The notes: generated by a model from the letters alone, not told the origin. A DNA stretch of 64,000 nt from Escherichia coli (GCF_003334385.1 NZ_QOWN01000020.1), one strand, 5' to 3'. Shown: positions 22,289 to 35,709, numbered from the stretch's first letter. Numbers and translations: made by a program.

Positions 22289-23335
22289 ATGACACAACCA
22301 ATGCCTGGGAAACCGGCCGAAGACGCTGAAAATGAACTGGATATTCGTGGGTTGTTTCGTACCTTGTGGGCTGGGAAGCTATGGATTATTGGCATGGGGC
22401 TGGCGTTTGCGTTAATCGCGCTGGCGTATACGTTTTTTGCTCGTCAGGAGTGGAGCTCGACGGCGATTACCGATCGTCCAACGGTGAATATGCTGGGGGG
22501 ATATTACTCGCAGCAGCAATTTTTGCGTAACCTGGATGTCCGTTCAAACATGGCTTCTGCCGACCAACCATCGGTCATGGACGAAGCCTATAAAGAGTTT
22601 GTTATGCAACTGGCCTCGTGGGATACCCGCAGAGAGTTCTGGCTGCAAACCGACTATTACAAACAGCGGATGGTGGGCAACAGCAAAGCCGATGCGGCGT
22701 TGCTGGATGAAATGATTAACAACATCCAGTTTATCCCCGGAGACTTTACCCGCGCGGTCAATGACAGCGTGAAGCTTATTGCCGAAACCGCGCCTGACGC
22801 TAATAACCTGTTACGTCAGTATGTTGCTTTTGCCAGCCAGCGTGCAGCCAGCCATCTGAATGATGAGCTGAAAGGCGCATGGGCGGCGCGTACCATCCAG
22901 ATGAAAGCTCAGGTGAAGCGTCAGGAAGAGGTGGCGAAAGCCATCTACGACCGCCGGATGAACAGCATTGAGCAGGCGCTGAAAATTGCTGAGCAGCATA
23001 ATATTTCGCGCAGTGCGACAGATGTACCTGCCGAGGAATTACCTGATTCAGAAATGTTCCTGCTTGGGCGTCCAATGCTTCAGGCTCGACTGGAAAATTT
23101 ACAGGCCGTCGGTCCGGCCTTTGATCTCGACTATGATCAGAATCGGGCCATGTTAAACACCCTGAATGTTGGTCCAACCCTGGATCCGCGTTTTCAGACC
23201 TATCGCTATTTGCGTACGCCGGAAGAACCGGTAAAACGCGATAGCCCACGTCGTGCCTTCCTGATGATTATGTGGGGCATTGTCGGGGGGCTGATCGGGG
23301 CTGGTGTCGCATTAACCCGCCGTTGCTCGAAATAG
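22289..23335 (+). CDS. wzzE: ECA polysaccharide chain-length modulator
   Basis: ORF track 349 aa from the GTG at 22286. The ATG at 22289 (348 aa) has better spacing from GAGGA. The two terminal TM segments are typical of the Wzz family. Confidence 0.92.
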   Translation: MTQPMPGKPAEDAENELDIRGLFRTLWAGKLWIIGMGLAFALIALAYTFFARQEWSSTAITDRPTVNMLGGYYSQQQFLRNLDVRSNMASADQPSVMDEAYKEFVMQLASWDTRREFWLQTDYYKQRMVGNSKADAALLDEMINNIQFIPGDFTRAVNDSVKLIAETAPDANNLLRQYVAFASQRAASHLNDELKGAWAARTIQMKAQVKRQEEVAKAIYDRRMNSIEQALKIAEQHNISRSATDVPAEELPDSEMFLLGRPMLQARLENLQAVGPAFDLDYDQNRAMLNTLNVGPTLDPRFQTYRYLRTPEEPVKRDSPRRAFLMIMWGIVGGLIGAGVALTRRCSK

Positions 23336-23390
23336 CAACACTGCTGCGGTGAGCGCAAAGGCGCTCGCCGCTTATTCGAAGAGAATCGAT

Positions 23391-24521
23391 GTGAAAGTAC
23401 TGACTGTATTTGGTACGCGCCCGGAAGCCATCAAGATGGCGCCGTTGGTGCATGCGTTGGCAAAAGATCCTTTTTTTGAGGCTAAAGTTTGCGTCACTGC
23501 GCAGCATCGGGAGATGCTCGATCAGGTGCTGAAACTCTTTTCCATTGTACCTGACTACGATCTCAACATAATGCAGCCAGGACAGGGCCTGACAGAGATA
23601 ACCTGTCGGATTCTGGAAGGGCTAAAACCTATTCTTGCCGAGTTCAAACCAGACGTCGTGCTGGTTCACGGCGATACGACGACGACGCTGGCAACCAGCC
23701 TGGCGGCGTTTTATCAGCGTATTCCTGTTGGTCACGTTGAGGCTGGTCTGCGCACGGGCGATCTCTATTCGCCGTGGCCGGAAGAGGCTAACCGTACATT
23801 GACCGGGCATCTGGCGATGTATCACTTCTCTCCAACCGAAACTTCCCGGCAAAACTTGCTGCGTGAAAACGTTGCGGATAGCCGAATCTTCATTACCGGT
23901 AATACAGTCATTGATGCACTGTTATGGGTGCGTGACCAGGTGATGAGCAGCGACACGCTGCGTTCAGAACTGGCGGCAAATTACCCGTTTATCGACCCCG
24001 ATAAAAAGATGATTCTGGTGACCGGTCACAGGCGTGAGAGTTTCGGTCGTGGCTTTGAAGAAATCTGCCACGCGCTGGCAGACATCGCCACCACGCACCA
24101 GGACATCCAGATTGTCTATCCGGTGCATCTCAACCCGAACGTCAGAGAGCCGGTCAATCGCATTCTGGGGCATGTGAAAAATGTCATTCTGATCGATCCC
24201 CAGGAGTATTTACCGTTTGTCTGGCTGATGAACCACGCCTGGCTGATTTTGACCGACTCAGGCGGCATTCAGGAAGAAGCGCCTTCGCTGGGGAAACCTG
24301 TGCTGGTGATGCGCGATACCACTGAGCGTCCGGAAGCGGTGACGGCGGGTACGGTGCGTCTGGTAGGCACGGATAAGCAGCGAATTGTCGAGGAAGTGAC
24401 GCGTCTTTTAAAAGACGAAAACGAATATCAAGCTATGAGCCGCGCCCATAACCCGTATGGTGATGGTCAGGCATGCTCTCGCATTCTGGAAGCGTTAAAA
24501 AATAATCGGATATCACTATGA
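23391..24521 (+). CDS. wecB: UDP-N-acetylglucosamine 2-epimerase
   Basis: ORF track 390 aa. I chose the GTG at 23391 (376 aa, (M)[19 protein letters not shown]) to match E. coli WecB. Confidence 0.93.
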   Translation: MKVLTVFGTRPEAIKMAPLVHALAKDPFFEAKVCVTAQHREMLDQVLKLFSIVPDYDLNIMQPGQGLTEITCRILEGLKPILAEFKPDVVLVHGDTTTTLATSLAAFYQRIPVGHVEAGLRTGDLYSPWPEEANRTLTGHLAMYHFSPTETSRQNLLRENVADSRIFITGNTVIDALLWVRDQVMSSDTLRSELAANYPFIDPDKKMILVTGHRRESFGRGFEEICHALADIATTHQDIQIVYPVHLNPNVREPVNRILGHVKNVILIDPQEYLPFVWLMNHAWLILTDSGGIQEEAPSLGKPVLVMRDTTERPEAVTAGTVRLVGTDKQRIVEEVTRLLKDENEYQAMSRAHNPYGDGQACSRILEALKNNRISL

Positions 24522-25780
24522 GTTTTGCGACCATTTCTGTTATCGGACTGGGTTATATCGGGCTGCCAACGGCAGCAGCGTTTGCCTCACGGCAAAAACA
24601 GGTAATTGGTGTCGATATCAACCAACATGCGGTTGATACCATCAATCGTGGCGAAATCCATATCGTCGAACCTGATTTGGCGAGTGTAGTAAAAACTGCC
24701 GTAGAAGGCGGTTTTTTACGAGCGAGCACGACGCCAGTTGAAGCGGATGCCTGGCTGATTGCTGTACCCACGCCGTTTAAGGGCGATCATGAGCCAGATA
24801 TGACCTACGTTGAATCGGCTGCTCGCTCCATTGCGCCAGTGCTGAAAAAAGGCGCGCTGGTGATCCTTGAATCCACCTCGCCGGTGGGGTCAACCGAGAA
24901 GATGGCAGAATGGTTAGCAGAGATGCGTCCGGATCTCACTTTCCCGCAGCAGGTGGGCGAGCAGGCGGACGTCAACATTGCTTACTGCCCGGAACGCGTG
25001 TTACCAGGACAGGTAATGGTCGAGCTGATTAAAAACGATCGCGTGATTGGTGGTATGACGCCGGTTTGTTCGGCCCGCGCCAGCGAACTGTACAAAATTT
25101 TCCTCGAAGGTGAGTGTGTCGTCACTAACTCGCGGACGGCGGAAATGTGTAAGCTCACCGAAAACAGCTTCCGCGATGTGAATATCGCTTTTGCTAATGA
25201 ATTGTCGCTGATTTGTGCCGATCAGGGGATTAACGTCTGGGAACTGATTCGCCTGGCGAATCGTCACCCTCGCGTTAATATTCTTCAGCCTGGCCCTGGC
25301 GTGGGCGGTCACTGCATTGCTGTTGATCCGTGGTTTATCGTGGCACAGAACCCCCAGCAGGCGCGGCTTATCCGTACCGCGCGCGAAGTGAACGATCACA
25401 AACCGTTCTGGGTTATCGATCAGGTGAAAGCGGCGGTGGCTGATTGCCTGGCGGCTACCGATAAACGCGCCAGTGAACTGAAAATCGCCTGCTTTGGTCT
25501 GGCGTTTAAACCGAATATTGATGACCTGCGCGAAAGCCCGGCGATGGAAATCGCTGAACTGATCGCCCAGTGGCATAGCGGCGAAACTCTGGTTGTTGAG
25601 CCTAACATCCACCAGTTGCCGAAAAAACTGACCGGGCTTTGTACTCTGGCGCAGCTTGACGAGGCGCTGGCAACGGCAGACGTGCTGGTGATGCTGGTCG
25701 ATCATAGTCAGTTCAAAGTTATCAATGGCGACAATGTCCATCAGCAGTATGTCGTCGATGCCAAAGGAGTCTGGCGCTGA
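24518..25780 (+). CDS. wecC: UDP-N-acetyl-D-mannosamine dehydrogenase
   Basis: ORF track 420 aa, with a 4-nt overlap with wecB. N-terminal Rossmann motif GLGYIG. Confidence 0.96.
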   Translation: MSFATISVIGLGYIGLPTAAAFASRQKQVIGVDINQHAVDTINRGEIHIVEPDLASVVKTAVEGGFLRASTTPVEADAWLIAVPTPFKGDHEPDMTYVESAARSIAPVLKKGALVILESTSPVGSTEKMAEWLAEMRPDLTFPQQVGEQADVNIAYCPERVLPGQVMVELIKNDRVIGGMTPVCSARASELYKIFLEGECVVTNSRTAEMCKLTENSFRDVNIAFANELSLICADQGINVWELIRLANRHPRVNILQPGPGVGGHCIAVDPWFIVAQNPQQARLIRTAREVNDHKPFWVIDQVKAAVADCLAATDKRASELKIACFGLAFKPNIDDLRESPAMEIAELIAQWHSGETLVVEPNIHQLPKKLTGLCTLAQLDEALATADVLVMLVDHSQFKVINGDNVHQQYVVDAKGVWR

Positions 25781-26847
25781 TGAGAAAAATTCTGATAACA
25801 GGTGGTGCCGGGTTTATTGGCTCGGCGCTGGTGCGTTATATCATCAACGAAACGAGCGACGCGGTGGTAGTGGTCGATAAGCTGACCTACGCCGGAAACC
25901 TGATGTCGCTGGCACCGGTCGCGCAAAGCGAGCGCTTTGCCTTTGAGAAAGTTGATATCTGCGATCGGGCAGAACTGGCACGCGTATTCACTGAGCATCA
26001 GCCAGACTGTGTCATGCATCTGGCAGCCGAAAGCCATGTTGACCGTTCTATTGACGGCCCGGCAGCGTTTATTGAAACCAACATTGTCGGGACTTATACA
26101 TTGCTTGAAGCGGCGCGGGCTTACTGGAATGCGCTGACGGAAGATAAAAAATCAGCGTTCCGTTTTCATCATATCTCCACTGACGAAGTATATGGTGACC
26201 TGCACTCGACGGATGATTTCTTCACCGAAACCACGCCGTATGCGCCGAGCAGCCCTTATTCCGCGTCAAAAGCCAGCAGCGACCATCTGGTGCGCGCCTG
26301 GCTGCGGACCTATGGTCTGCCGACGCTTATCACCAACTGCTCGAATAACTACGGCCCTTACCACTTTCCGGAAAAACTGATCCCGCTGATGATCCTCAAC
26401 GCGCTGGCGGGTAAATCGCTGCCGGTATATGGCAACGGGCAGCAAATCCGTGACTGGCTGTATGTGGAAGATCACGCCCGCGCGCTGTATTGCGTGGCGA
26501 CCACCGGGAAAGTCGGTGAAACCTATAATATTGGTGGTCACAACGAGCGTAAGAATCTCGATGTTGTGGAAACCATTTGCGAGCTGCTGGAAGAACTGGC
26601 TCCGAACAAGCCGCACGGCGTGGTGCACTATAGTGAATTGATCACCTTTGTCGCTGACCGTCCGGGGCATGATCTGCGTTATGCCATTGATGCTTCGAAA
26701 ATTGCCCGTGAACTTGGCTGGCTGCCGCAGGAAACCTTTGAAAGTGGAATGCGTAAAACGGTGCAGTGGTATCTGGCTAATGAAAGCTGGTGGAAGCAGG
26801 TGCAGGACGGCAGCTATCAGGGCGAGCGTTTAGGTCTGAAAGGCTAA
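25780..26847 (+). CDS. rffG: dTDP-glucose 4,6-dehydratase 2
   Basis: ORF track 355 aa. TGATG overlap with wecC. GGAGFIGS and the YSASK catalytic motif are present. Confidence 0.96.
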   Translation: MRKILITGGAGFIGSALVRYIINETSDAVVVVDKLTYAGNLMSLAPVAQSERFAFEKVDICDRAELARVFTEHQPDCVMHLAAESHVDRSIDGPAAFIETNIVGTYTLLEAARAYWNALTEDKKSAFRFHHISTDEVYGDLHSTDDFFTETTPYAPSSPYSASKASSDHLVRAWLRTYGLPTLITNCSNNYGPYHFPEKLIPLMILNALAGKSLPVYGNGQQIRDWLYVEDHARALYCVATTGKVGETYNIGGHNERKNLDVVETICELLEELAPNKPHGVVHYSELITFVADRPGHDLRYAIDASKIARELGWLPQETFESGMRKTVQWYLANESWWKQVQDGSYQGERLGLKG

Positions 26848-26865
26848 TTTTCAGCGGAGGCAAAC

Positions 26866-27747
26866 ATGAAAGGTATTATCCTGGCGGGCGGTTCCGGCAC
26901 CCGATTGCATCCTATTACGCGCGGCGTATCGAAGCAACTGTTGCCGATTTACGATAAGCCAATGATTTACTATCCGCTGTCGGTGCTGATGCTGGCCGGT
27001 ATCCGCGAAATTCTCATCATCACTACGCCGGAAGATAAAGGTTATTTCCAGCGCCTGCTGGGCGATGGTAGTGAGTTCGGTATCCAGCTGGAATATGCCG
27101 AACAGCCCAGCCCGGACGGTCTGGCGCAGGCCTTTATCATCGGTGAAACCTTCCTTAATGGTGAACCTTCTTGTCTGGTGCTGGGCGATAACATCTTCTT
27201 CGGTCAGGGCTTCAGTCCGAAGCTGCGTCATGTTGCGGCGCGCACCGAAGGGGCGACGGTTTTTGGCTATCAGGTGATGGACCCGGAACGCTTTGGCGTG
27301 GTGGAGTTTGACGACAATTTCCGCGCTATCTCGCTGGAAGAAAAGCCAAAACAGCCGAAGTCAAACTGGGCGGTGACCGGGCTTTATTTCTACGACAGTA
27401 AAGTCGTGGAGTACGCAAAGCAGGTGAAGCCGTCGGAGCGTGGTGAACTGGAGATTACCTCCATCAACCAGATGTACCTCGAGGCGGGCAACCTGACCGT
27501 TGAACTGCTCGGGCGCGGATTTGCCTGGCTGGATACCGGCACTCACGACAGCCTGATTGAAGCCAGCACCTTTGTACAGACGGTGGAAAAACGCCAGGGC
27601 TTTAAGATTGCCTGCCTGGAAGAGATTGCCTGGCGTAACGGCTGGCTCGATGACGAGGGTGTGAAGCGTGCTGCCAGTTCATTAGCGAAAACTGGCTACG
27701 GCCAATATCTGCTGGAGTTACTTCGTGCCCGTCCGCGCCAGTATTGA
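26866..27747 (+). CDS. rffH: Glucose-1-phosphate thymidylyltransferase 2
   Basis: ORF track 293 aa, [18 protein letters not shown] signature. Confidence 0.96.
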   Translation: MKGIILAGGSGTRLHPITRGVSKQLLPIYDKPMIYYPLSVLMLAGIREILIITTPEDKGYFQRLLGDGSEFGIQLEYAEQPSPDGLAQAFIIGETFLNGEPSCLVLGDNIFFGQGFSPKLRHVAARTEGATVFGYQVMDPERFGVVEFDDNFRAISLEEKPKQPKSNWAVTGLYFYDSKVVEYAKQVKPSERGELEITSINQMYLEAGNLTVELLGRGFAWLDTGTHDSLIEASTFVQTVEKRQGFKIACLEEIAWRNGWLDDEGVKRAASSLAKTGYGQYLLELLRARPRQY

Positions 27748-28399
27748 GCCACTAACCTGGGAAAACGCCTTCTTTGGTGTTAACAGCGCCATCGTGCGCA
27801 TTACGTCTGAAGCACCGCTCCTGACGCCAGACGCGTTAGCGCCGTGGTCACGGGTGCAGGCCAAAATTGCGGCATCAAATACGGGTGAACTGGATGCCCT
27901 GCAACAGTTGGGATTCTCCCTGGTAGAAGGTGAAGTTGATTTGGCGCTACCCGTGAACAATGCCAGTGATAGCGGTGCTTTAGTGGCACAAGAGACCGAT
28001 ATTCCCGCATTACGTCAGTTAGCCAGCGCCGCATTTGCGCAAAGCCGTTTTCGTGCGCCGTGGTATGCGCCTGACGCCAGCAGTCGCTTTTATGCACAGT
28101 GGATTGAAAATGCCGTGCGCGGCACCTTTGATCATCAATGTCTGATTTTACGTGCGGCGTCCGGCGATATTCGCGGCTATGTCTCTTTACGGGAACTCAA
28201 TGCGACAGATGCGCGAATTGGCCTGCTGGCTGGACGCGGTGCAGGTGCTGAGCTGATGCAAACGGCGCTAAACTGGGCGTATGCTCGCGGTAAAACAACT
28301 TTGCGGGTGGCGACCCAAATGGGCAACACCGCCGCGCTTAAACGATACATACAAAGTGGTGCGAATGTAGAAAGCACCGCGTACTGGTTATACAGGTGA
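27725..28399 (+). CDS. wecD: dTDP-fucosamine acetyltransferase (GNAT)
   Basis: ORF track 224 aa with a GTG start lying 23 nt inside the end of rffH. Recognised as WecD/RffC. Confidence 0.88.
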   Translation: MPVRASIEPLTWENAFFGVNSAIVRITSEAPLLTPDALAPWSRVQAKIAASNTGELDALQQLGFSLVEGEVDLALPVNNASDSGALVAQETDIPALRQLASAAFAQSRFRAPWYAPDASSRFYAQWIENAVRGTFDHQCLILRAASGDIRGYVSLRELNATDARIGLLAGRGAGAELMQTALNWAYARGKTTLRVATQMGNTAALKRYIQSGANVESTAYWLYR

Positions 28400-28403
28400 T
28401 CAC

Positions 28404-29534
28404 ATGATTCCATTTAACGCACCGCCGGTGGTGGGAACCGAACTCGACTATATGCAGTCGGCAATGGGTAGCGGCAAACTGTGTGGCGATGGCGGTTTTA
28501 CCCGTCGCTGCCAGCAGTGGCTGGAGCAACGTTTTGGCAGCGCCAAAGTGTTACTGACGCCGTCCTGCACCGCTTCGCTGGAGATGGCGGCGCTGCTGCT
28601 CGATATCCAGCCTGGCGATGAAGTGATCATGCCGAGCTACACCTTTGTCTCCACCGCCAATGCCTTTGTGCTGCGTGGCGCAAAAATCGTTTTTGTGGAT
28701 GTTCGCCCGGACACCATGAACATCGACGAAACGCTGATTGAAGCGGCGATCACCGACAAAACGCGCGTTATCGTGCCGGTCCATTACGCGGGTGTGGCCT
28801 GCGAAATGGACACCATTATGGCGTTGGCGAAAAAGCATAATTTGTTTGTGGTAGAAGATGCCGCTCAGGGCGTGATGTCCACTTACAAAGGGCGTGCACT
28901 GGGAACCATTGGTCATATTGGCTGCTTTAGCTTCCATGAAACCAAAAACTACACGGCGGGCGGTGAAGGCGGCGCGACGCTGATTAACGATAAAGCGTTA
29001 ATCGAACGAGCCGAGATCATCCGTGAAAAGGGCACTAACCGCAGCCAGTTCTTCCGTGGTCAGGTCGATAAATATACCTGGCGCGATATTGGCTCCAGCT
29101 ATTTGATGTCCGATCTGCAAGCTGCATACCTGTGGGCGCAACTGGAAGCAGCGGATCGTATCAACCAGCAACGTCTGGCGCTGTGGCAAAACTACTACGA
29201 TGCGTTAGCGCCTCTGGCGAAAGCCGGGCGTATCGAGCTGCCGTCGATTCCCGATGGCTGCGTGCAGAACGCGCATATGTTCTACATTAAACTGCGGGAT
29301 ATTGATGACCGGAGCGCGTTGATTAACTTTCTGAAAGAAGCGGAAATCATGGCGGTGTTTCATTACATTCCGCTGCACGGTTGCCCTGCGGGGGAACACT
29401 TTGGTGAGTTCCACGGTGAAGATCGCTACACCACCAAAGAGAGCGAGCGCCTGCTGCGCCTGCCGCTGTTCTACAACCTGTCGCCCGTCAATCAGCGTAC
29501 GGTAATTGCGACTTTGTTGAACTACTTTTCCTGA
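28404..29534 (+). CDS. wecE: dTDP-4-oxo-6-deoxy-D-glucose transaminase
   Basis: ORF track 376 aa. DegT/DnrJ/EryC1 aminotransferase family, recognised as WecE/RffA. Confidence 0.95.
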   Translation: MIPFNAPPVVGTELDYMQSAMGSGKLCGDGGFTRRCQQWLEQRFGSAKVLLTPSCTASLEMAALLLDIQPGDEVIMPSYTFVSTANAFVLRGAKIVFVDVRPDTMNIDETLIEAAITDKTRVIVPVHYAGVACEMDTIMALAKKHNLFVVEDAAQGVMSTYKGRALGTIGHIGCFSFHETKNYTAGGEGGATLINDKALIERAEIIREKGTNRSQFFRGQVDKYTWRDIGSSYLMSDLQAAYLWAQLEAADRINQQRLALWQNYYDALAPLAKAGRIELPSIPDGCVQNAHMFYIKLRDIDDRSALINFLKEAEIMAVFHYIPLHGCPAGEHFGEFHGEDRYTTKESERLLRLPLFYNLSPVNQRTVIATLLNYFS

Positions 29535-29535
29535 T

Positions 29536-30786
29536 ATGTCGTTGGCAAAAGCGTCCTTGTGGACGGCGGCCAGTACACTGGTCAAGATTGGTGCCGGGTT
29601 ACTGGTCGGTAAGTTGCTGGCGGTGTCATTTGGTCCGGCGGGGCTTGGGCTGGCGGCAAATTTCCGCCAGTTGATTACCGTGCTCGGCGTGCTTGCCGGG
29701 GCTGGCATCTTTAACGGTGTAACCAAATACGTTGCCCAGTACCATGATAATCCGCAACAGCTGCGCCGCGTGGTCGGCACTTCATCAGCGATGGTACTTG
29801 GTTTCTCTACGCTGATGGCGCTGGTTTTTGTGCTGGCAGCTGCGCCAATCAGCCAGGGATTGTTTGGTAATACCGACTATCAGGGGCTGGTGCGTTTAGT
29901 GGCGCTGGTGCAAATGGGGATCGCCTGGGGCAACCTGTTACTGGCGCTGATGAAAGGCTTTCGCGATGCCGCAGGTAATGCGTTATCGCTGATTGTCGGC
30001 AGCTTGATTGGCGTTCTCGCGTACTACGTCAGTTACCGTTTGGGCGGTTATGAAGGGGCGTTGCTGGGTCTGGCGCTGATTCCCGCGCTGGTGGTAATTC
30101 CTGCCGCCATCATGTTGATCAAACGTGGTGTCATCCCGTTAAGCTATCTGAAACCCAGCTGGGATAACGGTCTGGCAGGGCAGTTGAGCAAATTTACGCT
30201 CATGGCGTTGATTACGTCGGTGACCTTGCCTGTTGCTTACATCATGATGCGTAAACTGCTGGCGGCGCAGTATAGCTGGGATGAGGTGGGGATCTGGCAA
30301 GGGGTGAGCAGTATTTCCGATGCCTACCTGCAATTTATTACGGCATCGTTCAGCGTATATTTGCTGCCCACGTTGTCGCGGCTAACGGAAAAGCGCGATA
30401 TCACCCGGGAAGTGGTTAAATCGCTGAAATTCGTCTTACCGGCAGTGGCGGCGGCGAGTTTTACCGTCTGGCTGCTGCGTGATTTTGCTATCTGGCTGCT
30501 GTTGTCGAATAAATTTACCGCTATGCGCGATCTCTTTGCCTGGCAGTTAGTGGGTGATGTGTTAAAAGTGGGCGCTTATGTCTTTGGTTATCTGGTGATC
30601 GCCAAAGCGTCACTGCGGTTTTATATTCTGGCGGAAGTCAGCCAGTTCACTTTATTGATGGTATTTGCCCACTGGCTAATCCCTGCGCATGGTGCACTGG
30701 GCGCGGCGCAGGCATATATGGCAACTTATATCGTCTATTTTTCTCTTTGTTGTGGCGTGTTTTTACTCTGGCGTAGGCGGGCATGA
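29536..30786 (+). CDS. wzxE: ECA lipid III flippase
   Basis: ORF track 416 aa. Polytopic Wzx-type membrane protein, starting 1 nt after the wecE stop. Confidence 0.93.
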   Translation: MSLAKASLWTAASTLVKIGAGLLVGKLLAVSFGPAGLGLAANFRQLITVLGVLAGAGIFNGVTKYVAQYHDNPQQLRRVVGTSSAMVLGFSTLMALVFVLAAAPISQGLFGNTDYQGLVRLVALVQMGIAWGNLLLALMKGFRDAAGNALSLIVGSLIGVLAYYVSYRLGGYEGALLGLALIPALVVIPAAIMLIKRGVIPLSYLKPSWDNGLAGQLSKFTLMALITSVTLPVAYIMMRKLLAAQYSWDEVGIWQGVSSISDAYLQFITASFSVYLLPTLSRLTEKRDITREVVKSLKFVLPAVAAASFTVWLLRDFAIWLLLSNKFTAMRDLFAWQLVGDVLKVGAYVFGYLVIAKASLRFYILAEVSQFTLLMVFAHWLIPAHGALGAAQAYMATYIVYFSLCCGVFLLWRRRA

Positions 30787-31862
30787 CTGTACTGATTCAC
30801 GTACTGGGATCGGATATCCCTCACCATAACCGAACCGTTTTGCGGTTTTTCAATGACGCGCTGGCCGCGACGAGCGAGCACGCGCGCGAGTTTATGGTTG
30901 TTGGCAAGGACGACGGCTTAAGTGATAGCTGTCCGGCGCTTTCTGTGCAATTTTTCCCTGGGAAAAAATCGCTGGCGGAAGCGGTCATCGCGAAAGCAAA
31001 AGCTAACCGTCAGCAGCGTTTTTTCTTCCACGGTCAGTTCAATCCCACACTGTGGCTGGCTCTGCTGAGTGGTGGCATTAAGCCCAGCCAGTTTTTCTGG
31101 CATATCTGGGGGGCAGACCTGTATGAGCTTTCCAGTGGCTTGAGATATAAGCTTTTTTACCCACTACGTCGCCTGGCGCAAAAGCGAGTCGGCTGTGTAT
31201 TTGCCACCCGCGGCGATTTGAGCTTTTTTGCCAAAACGCACCCAAAGGTGCGGGGCGAACTGCTGTACTTCCCGACGCGGATGGACCCTTCGCTCAATAC
31301 GATGGCGAACGATCGGCAACGTGAAGGGAAAATGACCATTCTGGTGGGGAACTCCGGCGACCGCAGCAATGAGCATATTGCTGCCTTGCGCGCCGTTCAT
31401 CAGCAATTTGGCGATACGGTAAAAGTGGTGGTGCCGATGGGATATCCGCCTAATAACGAAGCGTACATTGAGGAAGTTCGTCAGGCGGGGCTGGAGTTAT
31501 TCAGCGAAGAAAATCTACAAATTCTGAGCGAAAAACTGGAATTTGACGCCTATCTGGCGCTACTTCGTCAGTGCGATCTTGGTTACTTTATTTTTGCCCG
31601 CCAGCAGGGCATTGGTACGCTGTGCTTACTGATTCAGGCGGGCATTCCTTGTGTGCTTAACCGGGAAAATCCGTTCTGGCAGGATATGACGGAACAACAT
31701 TTGCCGGTGCTGTTTACTACCGACGATCTCAACGAGGATATTGTGCGTGAAGCGCAGCGCCAGTTGGCGTCGGTGGATAAAAACACCATTGCCTTCTTTA
31801 GCCCTAACTATCTACAAGGCTGGCAGCGGGCGTTGGCGATTGCCGCCGGGGAGGTCGCATGA
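30783..31862 (+). CDS. wecF: TDP-Fuc4NAc:lipid II Fuc4NAc transferase
   Basis: ORF track 359 aa, ATGA overlap with wzxE. Recognised as WecF/RffT. Confidence 0.93.
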   Translation: MTVLIHVLGSDIPHHNRTVLRFFNDALAATSEHAREFMVVGKDDGLSDSCPALSVQFFPGKKSLAEAVIAKAKANRQQRFFFHGQFNPTLWLALLSGGIKPSQFFWHIWGADLYELSSGLRYKLFYPLRRLAQKRVGCVFATRGDLSFFAKTHPKVRGELLYFPTRMDPSLNTMANDRQREGKMTILVGNSGDRSNEHIAALRAVHQQFGDTVKVVVPMGYPPNNEAYIEEVRQAGLELFSEENLQILSEKLEFDAYLALLRQCDLGYFIFARQQGIGTLCLLIQAGIPCVLNRENPFWQDMTEQHLPVLFTTDDLNEDIVREAQRQLASVDKNTIAFFSPNYLQGWQRALAIAAGEVA

Positions 31863-33211
31863 GTCTGCTGCAATTCAGTGGCCTGTTTGTTGTCTGGCTG
31901 CTCTGCACGCTGTTTATTGCCACGCTGACCTGGTTTGAGTTTCGCCGTGTGCGCTTTAACTTCAATGTCTTCTTTTCATTGCTGTTTTTGCTCACCTTTT
32001 TCTTCGGCTTCCCGCTGACCAGCGTGCTGGTATTTCGCTTTGATGTTGGTGTCGCGCCGCCAGAAATCTTGTTGCAGGCGTTGCTTTCTGCGGGCTGCTT
32101 CTACGCGGTTTACTATGTCACCTACAAAACCCGCCTACGCAAACGCGTTGCTGATGTACCGCGCCGTCCGCTGTTTACCATGAACCGCGTGGAGACCAAT
32201 CTTACGTGGGTGATCCTGATGGGTATCGCGCTGGTAAGCGTCGGCATCTTCTTCATGCACAACGGCTTTTTGCTGTTCCGGCTTAACTCCTACAGTCAGA
32301 TCTTTTCCAGTGAAGTCTCCGGCGTGGCGTTAAAACGCTTCTTTTACTTTTTCATCCCGGCGATGCTGGTGGTCTACTTTCTGCGCCAGGACAGCAAAGC
32401 GTGGCTGTTTTTCCTCGTCAGCACGGTCGCCTTTGGCTTGCTGACTTATATGATTGTCGGCGGCACTCGCGCCAATATCATCATCGCATTCGCTATCTTC
32501 CTGTTTATTGGCATTATTCGCGGCTGGATTTCGTTGTGGATGCTGGCGGCGGCGGGCGTGCTGGGGATTGTTGGCATGTTCTGGCTGGCACTAAAACGCT
32601 ATGGAATGAATGTGAGCGGCGATGAAGCGTTCTATACGTTTCTCTATCTCACTCGCGACACCTTCTCGCCGTGGGAGAATCTGGCGTTGCTGTTGCAGAA
32701 CTACGACAACATCGACTTCCAGGGCCTGGCTCCAATTGTCCGCGATTTCTATGTCTTTATCCCTTCCTGGCTGTGGCCGGGTCGCCCGAGTATGGTGCTG
32801 AACTCAGCCAACTACTTTACCTGGGAAGTGCTGAATAACCACTCCGGACTGGCGATCTCGCCTACGCTTATAGGCTCACTGGTGGTGATGGGCGGCGCGT
32901 TGTTCATCCCGCTCGGGGCGATCGTGGTTGGTCTGATCATCAAATGGTTCGACTGGCTGTATGAGCTGGGCAACCGCGAGCCTAATCGCTATAAAGCTGC
33001 GATATTGCACAGTTTCTGCTTTGGGGCGATCTTCAATATGATCGTGCTGGCGCGTGAAGGGCTGGATTCGTTTGTCTCACGCGTGGTCTTTTTTATCGTG
33101 GTCTTCGGCGCATGTCTGATGATCGCAAAACTGTTGTACTGGCTTTTTGAAAGCGCCGGACTCATTCATAAACGTACAAAATCATCGCTCCGGACGCAGG
33201 TTGAAGGATAA
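31859..33211 (+). CDS. wzyE: ECA polymerase
   Basis: ORF track 450 aa, ATGA overlap with wecF. Highly hydrophobic polytopic protein. Confidence 0.93.
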   Translation: MSLLQFSGLFVVWLLCTLFIATLTWFEFRRVRFNFNVFFSLLFLLTFFFGFPLTSVLVFRFDVGVAPPEILLQALLSAGCFYAVYYVTYKTRLRKRVADVPRRPLFTMNRVETNLTWVILMGIALVSVGIFFMHNGFLLFRLNSYSQIFSSEVSGVALKRFFYFFIPAMLVVYFLRQDSKAWLFFLVSTVAFGLLTYMIVGGTRANIIIAFAIFLFIGIIRGWISLWMLAAAGVLGIVGMFWLALKRYGMNVSGDEAFYTFLYLTRDTFSPWENLALLLQNYDNIDFQGLAPIVRDFYVFIPSWLWPGRPSMVLNSANYFTWEVLNNHSGLAISPTLIGSLVVMGGALFIPLGAIVVGLIIKWFDWLYELGNREPNRYKAAILHSFCFGAIFNMIVLAREGLDSFVSRVVFFIVVFGACLMIAKLLYWLFESAGLIHKRTKSSLRTQVEG

Positions 33212-33213
33212 CA

Positions 33214-33954
33214 ATGAATAACAACACCACGGCACCAACCTATACGCTGCGTGGCTTACAGTTGATTGGTTGGCGTGATATGCAGCACGCCCTCGATTAT
33301 CTGTTTGCTGACGGGCAGCTTAAGCAGGGAACGCTGGTTGCCATTAATGCTGAAAAAATGCTGACTATTGAAGATAACGCCGAGGTCAGGGAGTTAATTA
33401 ACGCTGCCGAATTTAAATATGCGGATGGCATCAGCGTTGTACGTTCAGTACGTAAAAAGTACCCGCAGGCGCAGGTTTCCCGCGTTGCCGGTGCCGATCT
33501 CTGGGAAGAGCTGATGGCGCGCGCAGGCAAAGAAGGGACGCCGGTATTTCTTGTGGGCGGTAAACCTGAAGTGCTGGCGCAAACTGAAGCTAAACTGCGC
33601 AACCAGTGGAATGTGAATATCGTTGGCAGTCAGGATGGTTATTTTAAACCCGAGCAGCGTCAGGCGCTGTTTGAACGCATTCATGCCAGCGGTGCGCAAA
33701 TCGTCACCGTTGCGATGGGATCGCCAAAGCAGGAGATCATCATGCGCGACTGCCGTCTGGTACATCCAGATGCGCTGTATATGGGCGTTGGCGGGACTTA
33801 CGATGTTTTCACCGGTCACGTAAAACGCGCACCGAAAATCTGGCAAACGCTGGGGCTGGAGTGGCTCTACCGCCTGCTTTCGCAGCCGAGCCGCATTAAG
33901 CGTCAGCTTCGTTTGCTGCGTTATTTACGCTGGCACTACACCGGCAACCTATGA
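33214..33954 (+). CDS. wecG: UDP-ManNAcA:lipid I transferase
   Basis: ORF track 246 aa. WecG/TagA/CpsF glycosyltransferase family, recognised as WecG/RffM. Confidence 0.95.
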   Translation: MNNNTTAPTYTLRGLQLIGWRDMQHALDYLFADGQLKQGTLVAINAEKMLTIEDNAEVRELINAAEFKYADGISVVRSVRKKYPQAQVSRVAGADLWEELMARAGKEGTPVFLVGGKPEVLAQTEAKLRNQWNVNIVGSQDGYFKPEQRQALFERIHASGAQIVTVAMGSPKQEIIMRDCRLVHPDALYMGVGGTYDVFTGHVKRAPKIWQTLGLEWLYRLLSQPSRIKRQLRLLRYLRWHYTGNL

Positions 33955-33972
33955 TTTTCCTCTCTTTGTAAA

Positions 33973-34010
33973 GCGACGGAGTGGTCACTCCGTCGCCTGT
34001 CTGCTTTTTT
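33973..34010 (+). terminator. Candidate terminator at the end of the ECA cluster
   Basis: GCGACGGAGTG / CACTCCGTCGC inverted repeat followed 8 nt later by T6. Confidence 0.6.
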
Positions 34011-34144
34011 ATTACACAAAGCATTCAAATTTTTAATGCTTTATTTGCCATTTCTCCTGAATTACGAAAACATTTGCAACACTCGATGTACCCATAACGA
34101 TAACCGGTAACACCGGAAAGCATGCAAACACAACACGAGGATTT

Positions 34145-35530
34145 ATGGCAGATAACAAACCAGAGCTACAGCGTGGGCTGGAAGCTCGACATATCGAACT
34201 CATCGCCCTGGGGGGCACCATTGGCGTCGGCCTGTTTATGGGGGCCGCCAGTACCCTGAAATGGGCCGGGCCATCCGTATTGTTGGCCTATATCATCGCC
34301 GGGCTGTTCGTCTTTTTCATCATGCGTTCAATGGGCGAAATGTTGTTCCTCGAACCGGTTACCGGTTCGTTCGCCGTTTATGCGCATCGTTATATGAGCC
34401 CGTTCTTTGGCTATCTCACCGCCTGGTCTTACTGGTTTATGTGGATGGCGGTGGGGATCTCTGAAATCACCGCCATTGGCGTTTATGTCCAGTTCTGGTT
34501 CCCGGAGATGGCGCAGTGGATACCCGCATTGATCGCAGTGGCGCTGGTGGCGTTGGCGAATCTGGCGGCGGTGCGGTTGTACGGCGAAATCGAGTTCTGG
34601 TTCGCGATGATCAAAGTCACCACGATTATCGTGATGATTGTCATTGGCCTGGGCGTGATTTTCTTTGGCTTTGGCAATGGCGGGCAGTCGATTGGTTTTA
34701 GCAATCTCACAGAGCATGGCGGTTTCTTTGCGGGTGGCTGGAAAGGGTTCCTGACCGCTCTGTGTATTGTGGTGGCGTCCTACCAGGGCGTGGAGCTGAT
34801 TGGCATTACTGCCGGTGAAGCGAAGAATCCGCAGGTGACGCTGCGCAGTGCCGTAGGCAAGGTGCTGTGGCGGATCCTGATTTTCTACGTAGGCGCGATT
34901 TTCGTTATCGTCACCATCTTCCCGTGGAATGAAATAGGCAGCAACGGCAGCCCGTTCGTACTGACTTTTGCCAAAATCGGTATTACCGCAGCGGCGGGCA
35001 TTATCAACTTTGTGGTGCTGACGGCTGCGCTCTCTGGCTGTAACAGCGGCATGTACAGTTGCGGACGTATGCTCTACGCACTGGCGAAAAACCGTCAGTT
35101 ACCGGCGGCAATGGCGAAAGTTTCCCGTCACGGCGTACCGGTTGCGGGTGTGGCAGTATCTATTGCTATTCTGCTAATTGGCTCATGCCTGAACTACATC
35201 ATTCCCAATCCGCAGCGTGTGTTTGTCTACGTCTACAGTGCCAGCGTGCTTCCGGGGATGGTGCCATGGTTTGTGATATTGATAAGCCAGCTGCGTTTTC
35301 GGCGTGCACATAAAGCGGCGATTGCCAGCCATCCGTTCCGCTCAATCCTGTTCCCGTGGGCCAATTACGTAACAATGGCATTCCTGATTTGCGTTTTGAT
35401 CGGCATGTACTTTAATGAAGATACGCGTATGTCGCTGTTTGTTGGCATCATCTTTATGCTGGCGGTGACGGCGATTTATAAAGTTTTTGGCCTTAATCGC
35501 CACGGGAAAGCGCATAAACTGGAGGAATAA
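34145..35530 (+). CDS. yifK: APC-family amino acid permease YifK
   Basis: ORF track 461 aa. About 12 TM segments and the N-terminal [24 protein letters not shown] signature of amino acid permeases. Confidence 0.93.
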
Positions 35531-35582
35531 GCAGCAAAACGCACAAACCGTAACCAAACGCGCAATTTATTTAAAAAGGGAC

Positions 35583-35611
35583 TAGACAGAGGGGTGGGAA
35601 GTCCGTATTAT
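35583..35611 (+). promoter_or_regulatory. Candidate promoter of the argX-hisR-leuT-proM tRNA operon
   Basis: TAGACA (35583-35588), a 17-bp spacer, then TATTAT (35606-35611), followed by the GC-rich discriminator CCACCCCCG typical of stringently controlled stable-RNA promoters. Confidence 0.55.
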
Positions 35612-35632
35612 CCACCCCCGCAACGGCGCTAA

Positions 35633-35709
<77 letters not shown>

